Shown: piece by piece, positions 49,805 to 59,890 of the stretch
Layout of the letters: each line of letters begins with the position of its first letter
How positions within the stretch are numbered: the stretch's first letter is position 1
From: Minisyncoccota bacterium
GTDB taxonomy: Bacteria; Patescibacteriota; Minisyncoccia; JAHISW01; Tagabacteraceae
Direction: 5' to 3'
Length of the DNA stretch: 64,000 nucleotides
Assembly (NCBI GenBank): GCA_028711505.1
Contig: JAQTSC010000002.1
Location: 11,936-75,935, forward strand
Position numbers and translations under genes: made by a program
Notes under the pieces: generated by a model
What the model was told of the DNA's origin: nothing
The model's database searches: none
The model's input: only the letters and a program-made list of their open reading frames with translations

Positions 49805-50215
49805 CTAAAGCGAGCAGGAAGGAAACTGGTTCCACGATTTATACAGACTGAACCCGGGGTCAAGCAGAAAACCAAGTATCGTATTGATTACGGCGTAAGC
49901 CGCGAAAGCGATAACAATGCCGGTTGCCGTAAATTTAAAAATGTTTTTCCCTTTCTCAATTTGGCTTGAATTATCTCCTCCCGTCATAAAAATAATTCCC
50001 GCCGCGGCAAAAGACAAAACGGACAAAGGCAAAACTATATTAAAAGCAAGAAATTTTACAAGATTGCCCGCAAGCTCGGCAAACTTGCAAAAATCGCACG
50101 CAGGCTGTCCCGCGCCGCCGCAAGGCACTATCTTTGCCGCTCCAGCCAAAAGAGGAAACATCAAGAAAAAAACAGTCAAGATGTTTACTCCCAAAATTTT
50201 TATATTTCTCCCCAT
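49805..50215 (-). CDS. small secreted two-TM protein, VirB2/TrbC-like paralog 1 (Cys-rich N-terminal segment); start taken at internal Met
   Basis: Signal peptide, 'CGGAGQPACDFC', TM1 'LAFNIVLPLSVLSFAAAGIIF', loop 'GGDNSSQIEKGKN', and TM2 'TATGIVIAFAAYAVI'. Confidence 0.45.
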   Translation of the reverse strand: MGRNIKILGVNILTVFFLMFPLLAGAAKIVPCGGAGQPACDFCKFAELAGNLVKFLAFNIVLPLSVLSFAAAGIIFMTGGDNSSQIEKGKNIFKFTATGIVIAFAAYAVINTILGFLLDPGFSLYKSWNQFPSCSL

Positions 50216-50228
50216 TGCTCCTCTATGT

Positions 50229-51536
50229 TTATTCCAATTTATCCATCTCTTCCGCCAAAAGGATTTTGGCGTCGCGGATTGCCGAAGAAACATTTTTCTT
50301 TCCGCTCACCACCGAATCAACCATGTTTTTAAAAATCAAAGAAACTGCCGAAGGATCGGGTTCAAGCCACGACTTTGAACGTATGGCTGCTTTGTAAAAT
50401 GTTTCCATAAAAGGATTATCCTCAACTCCTTGTCCTGAACTTAAAAGGGCTCTTTTAACCGGAGGCAAATAAAGATTCTCTTCTATCATCTTTTGAACTT
50501 CGTCCGAGCTGAAAACCGAAGCCGCCAAAAAGGCCTTGGAAGCGTTTGCGGTCGATTTCGAAACCGCCATAACGTAAACACGGCCGAAAGTAGACTGGGT
50601 TGCCGAATCTTTGACCTGCGGGACTTGATAAACATCAAAATTCAGATGGGGGTTTTTACGGACAATTTCCCTCGCTTCGCTCGCGTATCCAAAATACACG
50701 GCAAGTTTTCCTGACACAAAAAAATCAATGTCCTCCGGCAGCGCCCTGTTCCATGAATAAGAAATCTTTGTCGGATTTGAAAAACTCGTGAAAAAATTCA
50801 AAGCGCTCGCCGCGGGGTCAACCGACGAGTCCCCTCTCTCTCCGAAAGAAAGCTTGTTTGTTTCCGGATCAATAATTTTATTCCCTGTCTGGAGAAGAAG
50901 GAGCGAAAAAACTTCTTTGGCGTTTTTTATGTTGGAAAATTCGCCCATTGCTCCGCCCGACTTCAAAATATTTCCCGACTCGTCTTTTTCCGTCATGGCT
51001 CGCGATTGATTTAAAAATCCGTCCCAGGTCGCCGACGGGTTCGCTATGGCGGCTTTTGAAAAAATATCTTTGTTCCAATACAAAACCAGGGGATCAACAC
51101 AAAAAGGCATTCCGGCAATGCCGTCTTTTTTCATAAAAAGAAATCCGCTGTCTACAAAAGTATCCCGAAACGTCCTTTCGCTTAAAGATTCATAGGGTAT
51201 AAAAAATGCCTTGCTTCCGTGCTTCAAAAGAAGGTCCTGAGGCAAAAACCATAAATCGGGGCCGGTGCCCGAAGCTATGGCATTAACAAGTTCGGTTTCG
51301 TAAGTGGCAGGGTCTTTTTCATAATATTTTATGGAAAAAGACTTTTGGTTCTCGGAATTGACCGCGTCAATTATCCTGCCCCACGAATCTTCGGAAAACA
51401 CTCCCCACATAGTAAGGTCTGCGGGGGGTTCCGAACTTTGGCCGGGAAGCCACGGTAAAATTCCCGACAAAACGAGAAAAGATAAAAGAACCAAAGCTCC
51501 TATTGCGCCGTAAAGCGCTATTTGAAATTTAGACAT
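50229..51536 (-). CDS. extracellular solute-binding protein (ABC transporter SBP family 1-like), orphan
   Basis: N-terminal signal-anchor and a ~400-aa periplasmic-binding-protein type II-like sequence. No adjacent permease or ATPase genes. Confidence 0.6.
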   Translation of the reverse strand: MSKFQIALYGAIGALVLLSFLVLSGILPWLPGQSSEPPADLTMWGVFSEDSWGRIIDAVNSENQKSFSIKYYEKDPATYETELVNAIASGTGPDLWFLPQDLLLKHGSKAFFIPYESLSERTFRDTFVDSGFLFMKKDGIAGMPFCVDPLVLYWNKDIFSKAAIANPSATWDGFLNQSRAMTEKDESGNILKSGGAMGEFSNIKNAKEVFSLLLLQTGNKIIDPETNKLSFGERGDSSVDPAASALNFFTSFSNPTKISYSWNRALPEDIDFFVSGKLAVYFGYASEAREIVRKNPHLNFDVYQVPQVKDSATQSTFGRVYVMAVSKSTANASKAFLAASVFSSDEVQKMIEENLYLPPVKRALLSSGQGVEDNPFMETFYKAAIRSKSWLEPDPSAVSLIFKNMVDSVVSGKKNVSSAIRDAKILLAEEMDKLE

Positions 51537-51541
51537 ATTTT

Positions 51542-52096
51542 TTAAAAAACTTTTTTGTAAACGCCGGTGTCGGGCTTTATAAACGCCATTCCGTAATGGC
51601 TGTCTCCGGCGTCAAAACTTTTTAGAAATTCAAAACCCGCTCCGGAAAAAAGCGCCCGCAAATCTTCTTCGCCGGTTCTCAGGCTTGGAGGAGGGCCAAT
51701 GCCGACAACAGACAATTTCCATTCCACTGCCGCTATTTTTCCTCCGGGACGCAAAATTCTAAACGCTTCTCTTATCGCCGCTCCCTTATCTTCCATCTGA
51801 AAAAGCGAATTGGAAATCAGCACAAAATCAACAAGAGAATCCGCGAGCCCTGTGCCTTTTTCTTTTTCCAAATCAACGCGGCTGAATTGCGCATTGGTAA
51901 TGCCTTCAACCAAAAGTTTGCTCTTTAACGCTTCAAGCACTTCTTTCTGTATGTCAAAAGTATAAACAATCCCGCTTCTTCCCACTCTTCTCGCCATCTC
52001 GCCCGTAAAATGGCCCGAGCCGCAACCAAAATCAGCAACCTTCATGCCGGGTCTCAAATCCAAATCAGCTATTATTTTCGCGGGATTCAAAAACAT
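51542..52096 (-). CDS. class I SAM-dependent methyltransferase
   Basis: Motif I 'VADFGCGSGHFT', post-I acidic 'TFD', and motif 'RILRPGG'. Confidence 0.8.
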   Translation of the reverse strand: MFLNPAKIIADLDLRPGMKVADFGCGSGHFTGEMARRVGRSGIVYTFDIQKEVLEALKSKLLVEGITNAQFSRVDLEKEKGTGLADSLVDFVLISNSLFQMEDKGAAIREAFRILRPGGKIAAVEWKLSVVGIGPPPSLRTGEEDLRALFSGAGFEFLKSFDAGDSHYGMAFIKPDTGVYKKVF

Positions 52097-52174
52097 TTGT
52101 TTTCCTTTTTCTTAAATTCTAACACAAAAAAAGGGCGGAAAAACCGCCCGGGTGTGCATAAGAATTTAATTTTT

Positions 52175-54649
52175 CTAAAGGCAAGTTATTGATGCCAGCT
52201 TGTCCCCCTCTTTAAGGGTCATCACTTTCACCCCCTGAGTCTGCCTGCCGGAAACATGAATTTCCGAAAGATGAGTTTTGATTATCTGTCCTTTTTTGGA
52301 AATCGCGATAATTTCTTCAAGCTCCGGTTCAAGAACTTTCGCGGCTGAAAGCACTCCTGTTTTTGAAGTCACCTTCGCGGTTTTAATTCCGGAACCTCCC
52401 CTCTTCTGCAAACGGTATTCGCTCACTTTTGTTTTTTTGCCAAATCCTTTTTCGCTTAAGGTAAGAACATATGTGTCTTTTTCTTTGGAAGCTATCACGT
52501 CAGAACCCACAAGCTCGTCTCCCGCTTTAAGCCTGATGGCGCGCACTCCCGCCGCCTGCCTGCCCATCTGCCTGACATCGGATTCCTTAAATCTTATTGC
52601 CTGGCCTTTGGCGCTCACAAGAATCAAATGGTCTGATGAAGAAACAATCCGCGCCCATCCGAGCTCGTCTCCTTTTTGAAGCTTAATCGCGATAATTCCG
52701 CTCCTTCTTACGTCTTTAAACTGCGAAATCGGAACTTTTTTAACGACTCCTCTTCTCGTGACCATTGCCAGAAAAGTTTTATCCTCATTTCCGGTTTTCG
52801 GCATTACCAAAATGGAGGTTATTCGCTCTTCCGAACTCATTGAAATAAAGTTCATCGCCGATTTGCCTTTCGTGGCGCGCTTACCCTCCGGGAGCTCGTA
52901 CATTTTTATTTTATACGCCTTCCCTTTGTCGGTAAAAAACATTAAATCGTCGTGAGTATTCGCCTGAAGAAGAATGCGCACCGAATCTTCTTCCCTCGTT
53001 GTCAGATCAATAACTCCCTTGCCTCCTCTTTTTTGAACCTTGTACGATTCCGGTTTTGACCTTTTTATGTACCCCCCTTCCGTCAAAACGAGAGTCACGG
53101 TTTCTTCCGGAATTATGTCTTCCTCGGAAATATTTCCGACGGCGCGCTTCATTACCTTTGTCCGTCTTTCGTCTCCGTATTTTTCTTTTATATCAAGAAG
53201 TTCTTTTTTGACTGCGGCCATTATTTTCTTCGGGTCTTTTAAAAACGCTTCCAATTCTTTTATCAGTTTCTTTTTTTCCGCAAGCTCGTCTTCCACTTTC
53301 CGCCTTTCAAGAGCGGCAAGCGCCTGTAAGCGCATTTCCAAAATTGCCACCGCCTGCCTTTCGGACAGTTTGAAATTTTTCATTAATCTTACGCGAGCTT
53401 CGTCTTTATCCGAAGAACTTCTTATGGTTTTGATAATTTCATTTATATGATCAAGCGCTATTTTAAGCCCCTCCAAAATATGCGCGCGGTTTTTGGCGAC
53501 GTTCAAGTCAAATTTCGCGCGGCGTTCAATAACGACAAACCGATGCTCCAAAAATTTTTCCAGAATGGCCTTCAGCGAAAGCACCTGCGGCTGTATGCCG
53601 TCAACCAAAGCCAGCATATTGAAATGATACACTTTCTCCAGCTCGGTATGTTTATACAAAGCGTTAAGAATTTTTTGCGGGTTTGCCCCGTTTTTAAGGT
53701 CTATAACAATAGAAAGGCCCTCTTTGTCGGACTCGTCGCGCAGATCACGGATTCCTTCTATCTTTTTCTCCTGCACAAGGTCGGCAATTTTAGTGATGAG
53801 GTCCGCCTTGTTCACGGAATAAGGAATGGACGAAACCAATATCTGATACTGCCCTTCTTTCACTTCCGCTATTTCCGTTTCTCCCCTTGTCACCACTCCG
53901 CCGCGTCCGGTGGCATACGCCGCTTCAATATCTTTTTCATTAAAAATGATGCCGCCGGTGGGAAAATCCGGACCTTTTACGAATTGCATCAAATCTTCAA
54001 CTCCGGATTTAGGATTGTCTATGAGATGGGCCGCGGCCGAAATGAGTTCCGCGAGATTATGAGGAGGAATATTGGTGGCCATACCCACGGCGATTCCGAT
54101 AGTGCCGTTCATCAAAAGGTTCGGTATGGCCGCAGGAAGAACTTTAGGCTCTTTAAGCCTTCCGTCATAATTGGGAATAAAATCAATCGTTTCCTTTTCA
54201 ATATCTTTAAGCATTTCTCCGGCAATTTTAGTCATGCGGGCTTCGGTATAGCGATGAGCCGCCGGCGCGTCTCCGTCTATGGAACCCCAGTTGCCTTGGC
54301 CGTCAACAAGCGGATAACGCAAAGAAAAGTCCTGCGCCATTCTTGCCATGGTGTCGTAAATAGCCATATCGCCGTGAGGATGATATTTGCTCATGGTATC
54401 GCCCACAACCGTTGCCGATTTTTTGAAGCGGGCGGAACTTGAAAGCCCGTCTTCGTGCATTACAGTCAAAATTCTTCTCTGCACGGGCTTAAGCCCGTCA
54501 CGAACATCGGGAAGCGCGCGGCTCACGATAACGGACATCGCGTAGTCCAGATACGATTTTCTCATTTCCGCGCTGATATCCTGCTCAATGATTTTGGAAA
54601 TCGGTTTTTCTTCCTCCGCGTTCTTATTTTTTTCTTCTTTCGGTTTCAT
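52175..54649 (-). CDS. gyrA: DNA gyrase subunit A
   Basis: Active-site region '[26 protein letters not shown]', catalytic Tyr context, C-terminal beta-pinwheel repeats. 824 aa. Confidence 0.95.
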   Translation of the reverse strand: MKPKEEKNKNAEEEKPISKIIEQDISAEMRKSYLDYAMSVIVSRALPDVRDGLKPVQRRILTVMHEDGLSSSARFKKSATVVGDTMSKYHPHGDMAIYDTMARMAQDFSLRYPLVDGQGNWGSIDGDAPAAHRYTEARMTKIAGEMLKDIEKETIDFIPNYDGRLKEPKVLPAAIPNLLMNGTIGIAVGMATNIPPHNLAELISAAAHLIDNPKSGVEDLMQFVKGPDFPTGGIIFNEKDIEAAYATGRGGVVTRGETEIAEVKEGQYQILVSSIPYSVNKADLITKIADLVQEKKIEGIRDLRDESDKEGLSIVIDLKNGANPQKILNALYKHTELEKVYHFNMLALVDGIQPQVLSLKAILEKFLEHRFVVIERRAKFDLNVAKNRAHILEGLKIALDHINEIIKTIRSSSDKDEARVRLMKNFKLSERQAVAILEMRLQALAALERRKVEDELAEKKKLIKELEAFLKDPKKIMAAVKKELLDIKEKYGDERRTKVMKRAVGNISEEDIIPEETVTLVLTEGGYIKRSKPESYKVQKRGGKGVIDLTTREEDSVRILLQANTHDDLMFFTDKGKAYKIKMYELPEGKRATKGKSAMNFISMSSEERITSILVMPKTGNEDKTFLAMVTRRGVVKKVPISQFKDVRRSGIIAIKLQKGDELGWARIVSSSDHLILVSAKGQAIRFKESDVRQMGRQAAGVRAIRLKAGDELVGSDVIASKEKDTYVLTLSEKGFGKKTKVSEYRLQKRGGSGIKTAKVTSKTGVLSAAKVLEPELEEIIAISKKGQIIKTHLSEIHVSGRQTQGVKVMTLKEGDKLASITCL

Positions 54650-54703
54650 TTATTTATTTTTGGATGTCCGGCGAAACGAATTCTTGCCGGAACAATTTTA
54701 AAA

Positions 54704-54964
54704 TCACTCATCAAAAATATTCAGCTCTTTTATTCTTACCACGGTCTCTCCAATCATGTCTCCGACAACCGATATCGGACCTTTTTCCGAAAGAGCGCGG
54801 ACGTTGTCCGAATTTTCATCGGCAAACCTGCCCGGAATAAGTTCAACAAAAAGCCATAAAAAAATCACTATCGCCATGCATCCCAGCGTCAAAAAGAACG
54901 CCGTTATCTTTCTCTGACCTTCCGGCTTTTCTCTTGTTTTTTCAATCCAATCCAGAATCCTCAT
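54704..54964 (-). CDS. hypothetical small membrane protein
   Basis: 86-aa ORF with a central TM helix, upstream of gyrA on the same strand. Confidence 0.35.
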   Translation of the reverse strand: MRILDWIEKTREKPEGQRKITAFFLTLGCMAIVIFLWLFVELIPGRFADENSDNVRALSEKGPISVVGDMIGETVVRIKELNIFDE

Positions 54965-54972
54965 GCTTTCTT

Positions 54973-55632
54973 CTATAATATAGGCGATAAAACCACAACA
55001 TCGCTTTTATTCGCTTCTATGTCCTTTTTCTTGAAACTGAACTTTTCAACCGGCTTTGTATCGTCCTGCCCGATTTCTTTTAAAAATTCTTTAAGCTTTT
55101 TTTCGTCGGGCTTGAAATCTTTCGTTATATAATGCATCGGAATTATTATTTTAGGCTCTATCTGATTGATTATTTTTGAAGCGTTCTCCGCATCCAAAAC
55201 TTCGTCTCCGCCCACCGGAATAAAAAGAATATCCACATCTCCCAAAATCTCGGCAACCTCCGGCCTTAATTCTTTTTCATTGAAATCGCCGAGGTGGCAG
55301 ATATTAAGGTTCTCAAAAAGAACCGAAAAAATCGTGTTAAGCCCGTCTTTTTGCCCGTTTTCTTTATCATGAAAACTTTTTATTCCTCGGGCATAAATTC
55401 CCGCGATTTCGTATTCTCCGGGACCGGCGGCGACAAACGGTTTTTCTTTGCCTTCTTTTGCCGAGATATTTTCGGCGCCATTGTGATTGTCGTGGCCATG
55501 GCTGGCGAAAACTACATCCGCCTGGAAACGAGGCGACTTAAATCCCGACTTCTTTGAAGGCGGGTCAAAAACTAAAATCGTATCCCCTGATTGAACCTTA
55601 AAACAGGAGGCTCCGTAGTATGTGATAACCAT
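54973..55632 (-). CDS. MBL-fold metallo-hydrolase
   Basis: 'SHGHDNHNG' (HxHxDH-like) and a downstream His/Asp metal ligand pattern. ~220 aa. Confidence 0.7.
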   Translation of the reverse strand: MVITYYGASCFKVQSGDTILVFDPPSKKSGFKSPRFQADVVFASHGHDNHNGAENISAKEGKEKPFVAAGPGEYEIAGIYARGIKSFHDKENGQKDGLNTIFSVLFENLNICHLGDFNEKELRPEVAEILGDVDILFIPVGGDEVLDAENASKIINQIEPKIIIPMHYITKDFKPDEKKLKEFLKEIGQDDTKPVEKFSFKKKDIEANKSDVVVLSPIL

Positions 55633-55696
55633 GTTTTATTAATTAAATTATAGAGGATTATCGCAAAAAATAAAAGGGCTAAAAAATGGAAAACTC

Positions 55697-55725
55697 TTGC
55701 AAAAAACCGGCGCAATTACTATACT
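55697..55725 (+). promoter_or_regulatory. candidate sigma70-type promoter upstream of the S1-domain gene
   Basis: TTGCAA -35, 17-nt spacer, TATACT -10. ~50 nt upstream of the ATG at 55778, which has a GGGAGG SD. Confidence 0.35.
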
Positions 55726-55777
55726 ATTCCTCATGCTTACAGCAGAGAAAAACGTAATAAAAAAACAGGGAGGCTCA

Positions 55778-56824
55778 ATGGATTTCCTTTCAAAAATCTT
55801 CCCTATGACCCCGCCGAAGAAAGGCGACCTCATTGAAGGAGAAGTTCTGAAAAAAAAGAAAGGGACGCTTTTTGTGGGTGTAAAGCCTTTCGGAACGGGG
55901 ATAATTTACGGCAGAGAATACAACAACGCGCGTGAAATTATAAAAGCGCTCAAGACAGGAGACAAAATAACGGCAAAAATTGTTGACGCCGAAAACGAAG
56001 ACGGCTATTTTGAACTTTCCTTAAAAGAAGCAGGACAGGAACTGGTATGGGTTGAAGCCGAAGAAGCAAGAGCCGGCCAGACGGTTTTTTCGTTGGCGCC
56101 GATAGAAGCCAACAAAGGGGGCCTTATTTTTGAATGGAAGGGTCTTCAGGGATTTCTCCCCGCTTCCCAGCTCAAAACCAGCCACTATCCTAGAGTCGAA
56201 GGCGGAGATAAAGATATGATTTTAGGAGAACTCAAAAAACTTATGGCCGAAAAACTCTCGGTCATAGTCATAGACGTAGACAAAAAAGAAAACAAACTCA
56301 TTTTTTCCGAAAAAGAAACCGAAGCGGGAAAAATGAAAGACGCCATAGCCAAATACAAAATCGGCGACGTGGTGGACGGAGAAATAACCGGCGTGGTTAA
56401 TTTCGGGATTTTTATAAAAATAGAAGACGGGCTTGAAGGGCTCGCTCATATTTCCGAACTTGACTGGGGTTTGGTTGAAGACCCGAACAAACTTTTTACA
56501 GTCGGACAAAAAATCAACGCGCAAATAATCTCCATAAAAGACGGCAAAATTTCACTTTCCGTAAAGGCGCTCAAATTCAACCCGTGGCAAGGCGCTAAAA
56601 ACAAATACAAAAAAGGTGACACCGTAAAGGGCGTCGTCATCAAATACAATAAATACGGAACTCTCGCGAGCATAGAAGAAGGAGTTGCCGGACTTATCCA
56701 TATTTCCGAATTCCCCTCGGAAGAAGAGATGAAAAACAAATTGGAGCTCGGAAAATCCTACGATTTCAAAATAAACCTTTTTGAACCGGACGAAGAACGG
56801 CTGATATTGTCATATCTGCAATAA
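55778..56824 (+). CDS. rpsA: S1 RNA-binding domain protein (short 30S ribosomal protein S1-like, ~4 S1 repeats)
   Basis: Repeated S1-domain patterns (G..V.G.V....FG.FV). The listed ORF start at 55697 is ignored in favour of the ATG with an SD at 55778. Confidence 0.7.
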   Translation: MDFLSKIFPMTPPKKGDLIEGEVLKKKKGTLFVGVKPFGTGIIYGREYNNAREIIKALKTGDKITAKIVDAENEDGYFELSLKEAGQELVWVEAEEARAGQTVFSLAPIEANKGGLIFEWKGLQGFLPASQLKTSHYPRVEGGDKDMILGELKKLMAEKLSVIVIDVDKKENKLIFSEKETEAGKMKDAIAKYKIGDVVDGEITGVVNFGIFIKIEDGLEGLAHISELDWGLVEDPNKLFTVGQKINAQIISIKDGKISLSVKALKFNPWQGAKNKYKKGDTVKGVVIKYNKYGTLASIEEGVAGLIHISEFPSEEEMKNKLELGKSYDFKINLFEPDEERLILSYLQ

Positions 56825-56880
56825 TCAAAGGAGGAAGATGTAATGTTCTTTATACATCGTATGCTTTTTGCGGATGACTA

Positions 56881-56912
56881 AGCCCCGCCACTTTTTGTGG
56901 CGGGGCGTTCTT
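56881..56912 (+). terminator. intrinsic terminator after the S1-domain gene
   Basis: GCCCCGCCAC-tttttgt-GGCGGGGC followed by gTTCTTT. Confidence 0.5.
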
Positions 56913-56921
56913 TCAATGAAA

Positions 56922-57488
56922 TCAGACTTTTCTTTCTCCTGAAATAATCTTCTCTATTTCGCTTCCAGCCGCCTTAAAGACTTTTTTCAAAGCGGTTTTT
57001 TCGTCCGGCTTGAATTTAGCCATCAAAAAATTCAAAAGTTTTTCACCATCGGGCTTTTTTAGTTTTCCTTTGGAGCCGGCGGGAATTATGCCGATGCGAA
57101 CCCTCCAAAAATCTTTTGTTTTTACCTGACGCATTATTGATTCAACGCCCTTGTGCCCGCCGGAACCTTTCCCAAAAGAAATTTTGAATTTGCCAAAAGC
57201 AAGGTCAATGTCATCGTGAACAACAATCATCTGCTCCGCTTTCTTCTTCGAAGTAATGATTTTTTTTAGCGCCGAACCGGATTTATTCATAAAAGTTTCA
57301 GGAAGAAAAGCGGCGATTTTTTCCTTACCCGCTTTCCCTTCCGCGGAAAGCGAAAGATTTTTTTTATCTTCTTCAAAATCGGAAAAATCATTTACACGGC
57401 AAAATTCCATAACCGCCATCCTGCCGGTATTATGCCTTGTGCCTTCGTATTCCTCATCCGGGTTTCCCAAACCGACTAAATAAAACAT
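56922..57488 (-). CDS. pth: peptidyl-tRNA hydrolase
   Basis: 'LVGLGNPDEEYEGTRHNTG' N-terminal signature with catalytic His. 188 aa. Confidence 0.9.
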   Translation of the reverse strand: MFYLVGLGNPDEEYEGTRHNTGRMAVMEFCRVNDFSDFEEDKKNLSLSAEGKAGKEKIAAFLPETFMNKSGSALKKIITSKKKAEQMIVVHDDIDLAFGKFKISFGKGSGGHKGVESIMRQVKTKDFWRVRIGIIPAGSKGKLKKPDGEKLLNFLMAKFKPDEKTALKKVFKAAGSEIEKIISGERKV

Positions 57489-57681
57489 ATGAATTATTTT
57501 AACTCGATTTTTCTAAAAATCAAAAAGGCTCCGCGGTTCTTCACGCGCGGCGCCTTTATTCCAAAAACGGCAGGCAAACAATCAAATAACGAACCCCTCA
57601 TCTTAAACCTCAAATTTTAAATCAAAATTTAGGATGAAGGGCGAGTCGCGCGTTTTTAAGGCGCGACTCGCCGTGAAAGAA

Positions 57682-58614
57682 CTATTTCCTTACTATTTGG
57701 AATTGACCGTCATAACCTTTGTGCGATACTACATCGCCGCCCAAAGGAGAAACAACGGCCAGAATTTTTCCAACCATCTCCACATCAGCAGGATTATCCT
57801 TCTGGCACGAACCGCCAACAAAGAGATAATCCCCGTAGACGCCCAGTTGCAACTTACGGTCGCTTCCACTTGCGCGAACATCCGCTACGGCGACCGCAAC
57901 CGCTTTTGACCACTCCAACCACTCTTTCGGCAAATCAATGACATAAATTCTACCACCAAAATAAAGGTTGGGGTGCGTTACCTTTACGGCGGCTTTAAGC
58001 GTTTCGCTCTCCTGATATTTTCGCTCTTGACGAAGGCGAGCAGATTCGTCAATCGCCTTTGCCAATTTTCGCAACCTTTCAACCTCCGGCAAAGGCATGT
58101 CTAATCCCCAGACATCCCCAAGATAATTATGGGAATTGTCTTGAGAAGTGACTCCTTCGTGACCAACAACCTTATCGGCCACTTTGCCAAAGAAAACATC
58201 TTCCCATCCTTCCGCAAAACGAAACCTGAAAGGCGAAGAAGATGTCCCTGTGGCTGAGGGGATGGATTGGATATTTACCCGACCGCTGTTTTTTAGACAA
58301 GCAGTCATGCCCTTTGCCCAGCGACCGCCGGACCCAATCCACGCGCCCGGAGCGACCGTTTTGATAATCAGGTCGCGGCCCCGTGTTTCAAGCCGGAACA
58401 CGCTTCCGGCAAAAAGACGGGGATTAGCCAAGATAAAATCAGCTAACTCCGCCGGGGTACAAGAATTTCTCTCACCCCACCCGAAAGCCCAAGACTTTCG
58501 GGTGGACGTACGGTCCATCCCGATTTTGACGTATTGCGCCTCATCGGGCTCATTGTCGCTACCCCAATGGCCGTGGGATGTAATCATAAACTTGCCATCC
58601 AATATCTTTTTCAT
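57682..58614 (-). CDS. hypothetical protein in GC-rich island (310 aa)
   Basis: Long ORF in a locally GC-rich (~55%) segment with no family recognised by eye. The strand choice is supported only by the longest ORF. Confidence 0.4.
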   Translation of the reverse strand: MKKILDGKFMITSHGHWGSDNEPDEAQYVKIGMDRTSTRKSWAFGWGERNSCTPAELADFILANPRLFAGSVFRLETRGRDLIIKTVAPGAWIGSGGRWAKGMTACLKNSGRVNIQSIPSATGTSSSPFRFRFAEGWEDVFFGKVADKVVGHEGVTSQDNSHNYLGDVWGLDMPLPEVERLRKLAKAIDESARLRQERKYQESETLKAAVKVTHPNLYFGGRIYVIDLPKEWLEWSKAVAVAVADVRASGSDRKLQLGVYGDYLFVGGSCQKDNPADVEMVGKILAVVSPLGGDVVSHKGYDGQFQIVRK

Positions 58615-58782
58615 CTCCGTTCTCCCTTCATATCATATTCTATTTTTTTCCGCTTTTACGGTTTAACTCTCATTTAACGCTCTCAAAGAACTTTCCTCTT
58701 CTGAAGCCACCAAAACTTTGACGACTTCGGAAAAAGAGGAGAGATGTCGCTTACAAACGCGACAGAGCTCTCCTTGTCCAAT

Positions 58783-59079
58783 TTAGTGCTGTGCCACCAA
58801 AACCCGACCGCCGCGACCGTCATCGTACACCACGCGACGGAATTTATGGACCACTTGATGAAAAACAATCAGGTAAGCCCATACGGCCATGGGACCGGTG
58901 AGCACCACCTCGTCCCGCTGGTCAGCCGGAGTCGCTTCTACAATAGCGTTGGCATTGCGGCCAACGATATTGGAAGCTTCAAAAGGCTCTGTAATCAACG
59001 TCTGCCGACCGCCAACCTCCCCAATTTCGCAACCATTATACAGTTGCAGATTTTTTAAACTCAAATCAACGGTAATCAT
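58783..59079 (-). CDS. hypothetical protein in GC-rich island (98 aa)
   Basis: ORF co-oriented with 57682..58614 in the same compositional island. No recognised motif. Confidence 0.35.
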   Translation of the reverse strand: MITVDLSLKNLQLYNGCEIGEVGGRQTLITEPFEASNIVGRNANAIVEATPADQRDEVVLTGPMAVWAYLIVFHQVVHKFRRVVYDDGRGGRVLVAQH

Positions 59080-59278
59080 TTCCTTCTCCTCCCTTTCTTT
59101 TTTTCCTTAAAAAAAGACTTAAGGTCTTGGTAGCTTTTCAAATTTTATTTTAATTATACACCCAAAAGGATTATTTGTCAAGGTCAAAAAGCGGCAAAAA
59201 GCGGTGAAAAATGGCTTAAAATAAGGTTGATTCTCTACCCCTTGATTTCCCTATTTTTTTGCTATATAATTTGCCTTA

Positions 59279-59869
59279 ATGGAGAACGAAAATAAAGAAA
59301 ACATAGAAAAAACACCGGAAAAACAGCCCGAAAGCACGGCCGGCTTTAGACGGTCTTTATGGGAATTTGTTAAGTTTTTCATCATTGCAGGCATAATTGT
59401 CGTGCCCTTAAGGCTTTGGATAGCCCAGCCGTTTATAGTAAGCGGTTCTTCAATGTACCCCAATTTTGAAAACGGAGAGTACCTTATAATAGACGAATTT
59501 TCATACAAATTTAAAGCGCCGCAAAGAGGAGAAGTTATCGTATTCCGCTACCCCGACGATCCGTCTAAATTTTTCATAAAAAGAATAGTCGGGCTCCCGG
59601 GGGAACGCGTTGAGATAAAAAACAATAGCATCTACGCGTACAACAATGAGTTCCCGGAAGGCATTATGCTTCAAGAATCATATCTTCCCGAAGAAATGCG
59701 GACCACGAATCTCACGATGCTTCTTTCAAACGACCAGTATTTCGTCATGGGCGACAATCGCGGGATGAGTTCCGATTCGCGCTCGTGGGGTCCTCTGAAA
59801 AAAGATTTGATAATCGGCCGCGCGTGGATACGTCTTTGGCCTTTTAACAAGGCAAGCATCTCTTTTTAA
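59279..59869 (+). CDS. lepB: signal peptidase I (S26 family)
   Basis: TM anchor, catalytic Ser in 'VSGSSMYPNF' and Lys in 'KRIVGLPGE', and 'GDNRGMSSDSR' box E. Confidence 0.9.
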   Translation: MENENKENIEKTPEKQPESTAGFRRSLWEFVKFFIIAGIIVVPLRLWIAQPFIVSGSSMYPNFENGEYLIIDEFSYKFKAPQRGEVIVFRYPDDPSKFFIKRIVGLPGERVEIKNNSIYAYNNEFPEGIMLQESYLPEEMRTTNLTMLLSNDQYFVMGDNRGMSSDSRSWGPLKKDLIIGRAWIRLWPFNKASISF

Positions 59870-59890
59870 ATTTCTTTACTAAAATAAAAA

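Noticed and set aside
53447-54442. 331-aa ORF on the + strand.
   Set aside because: Lies entirely antisense within gyrA, whose product is unmistakable. The long antisense frame has low-complexity H/R/F-rich composition typical of spurious frames.
57489-57680. Two GC-rich hairpins between pth and the GC-rich island (57526-57560, 57643-57669).
   Set aside because: They lack a convincing T-tract on either strand. Not called as terminators. They may simply mark the island boundary.
58184-58666. 160-aa + strand ORF inside the GC-rich island.
   Set aside because: High GC inflates ORF length in all frames. Pro/Arg/Ser-rich composition. The minus-strand 310-aa ORF is longer and was preferred, though the strand assignment in this island remains uncertain.
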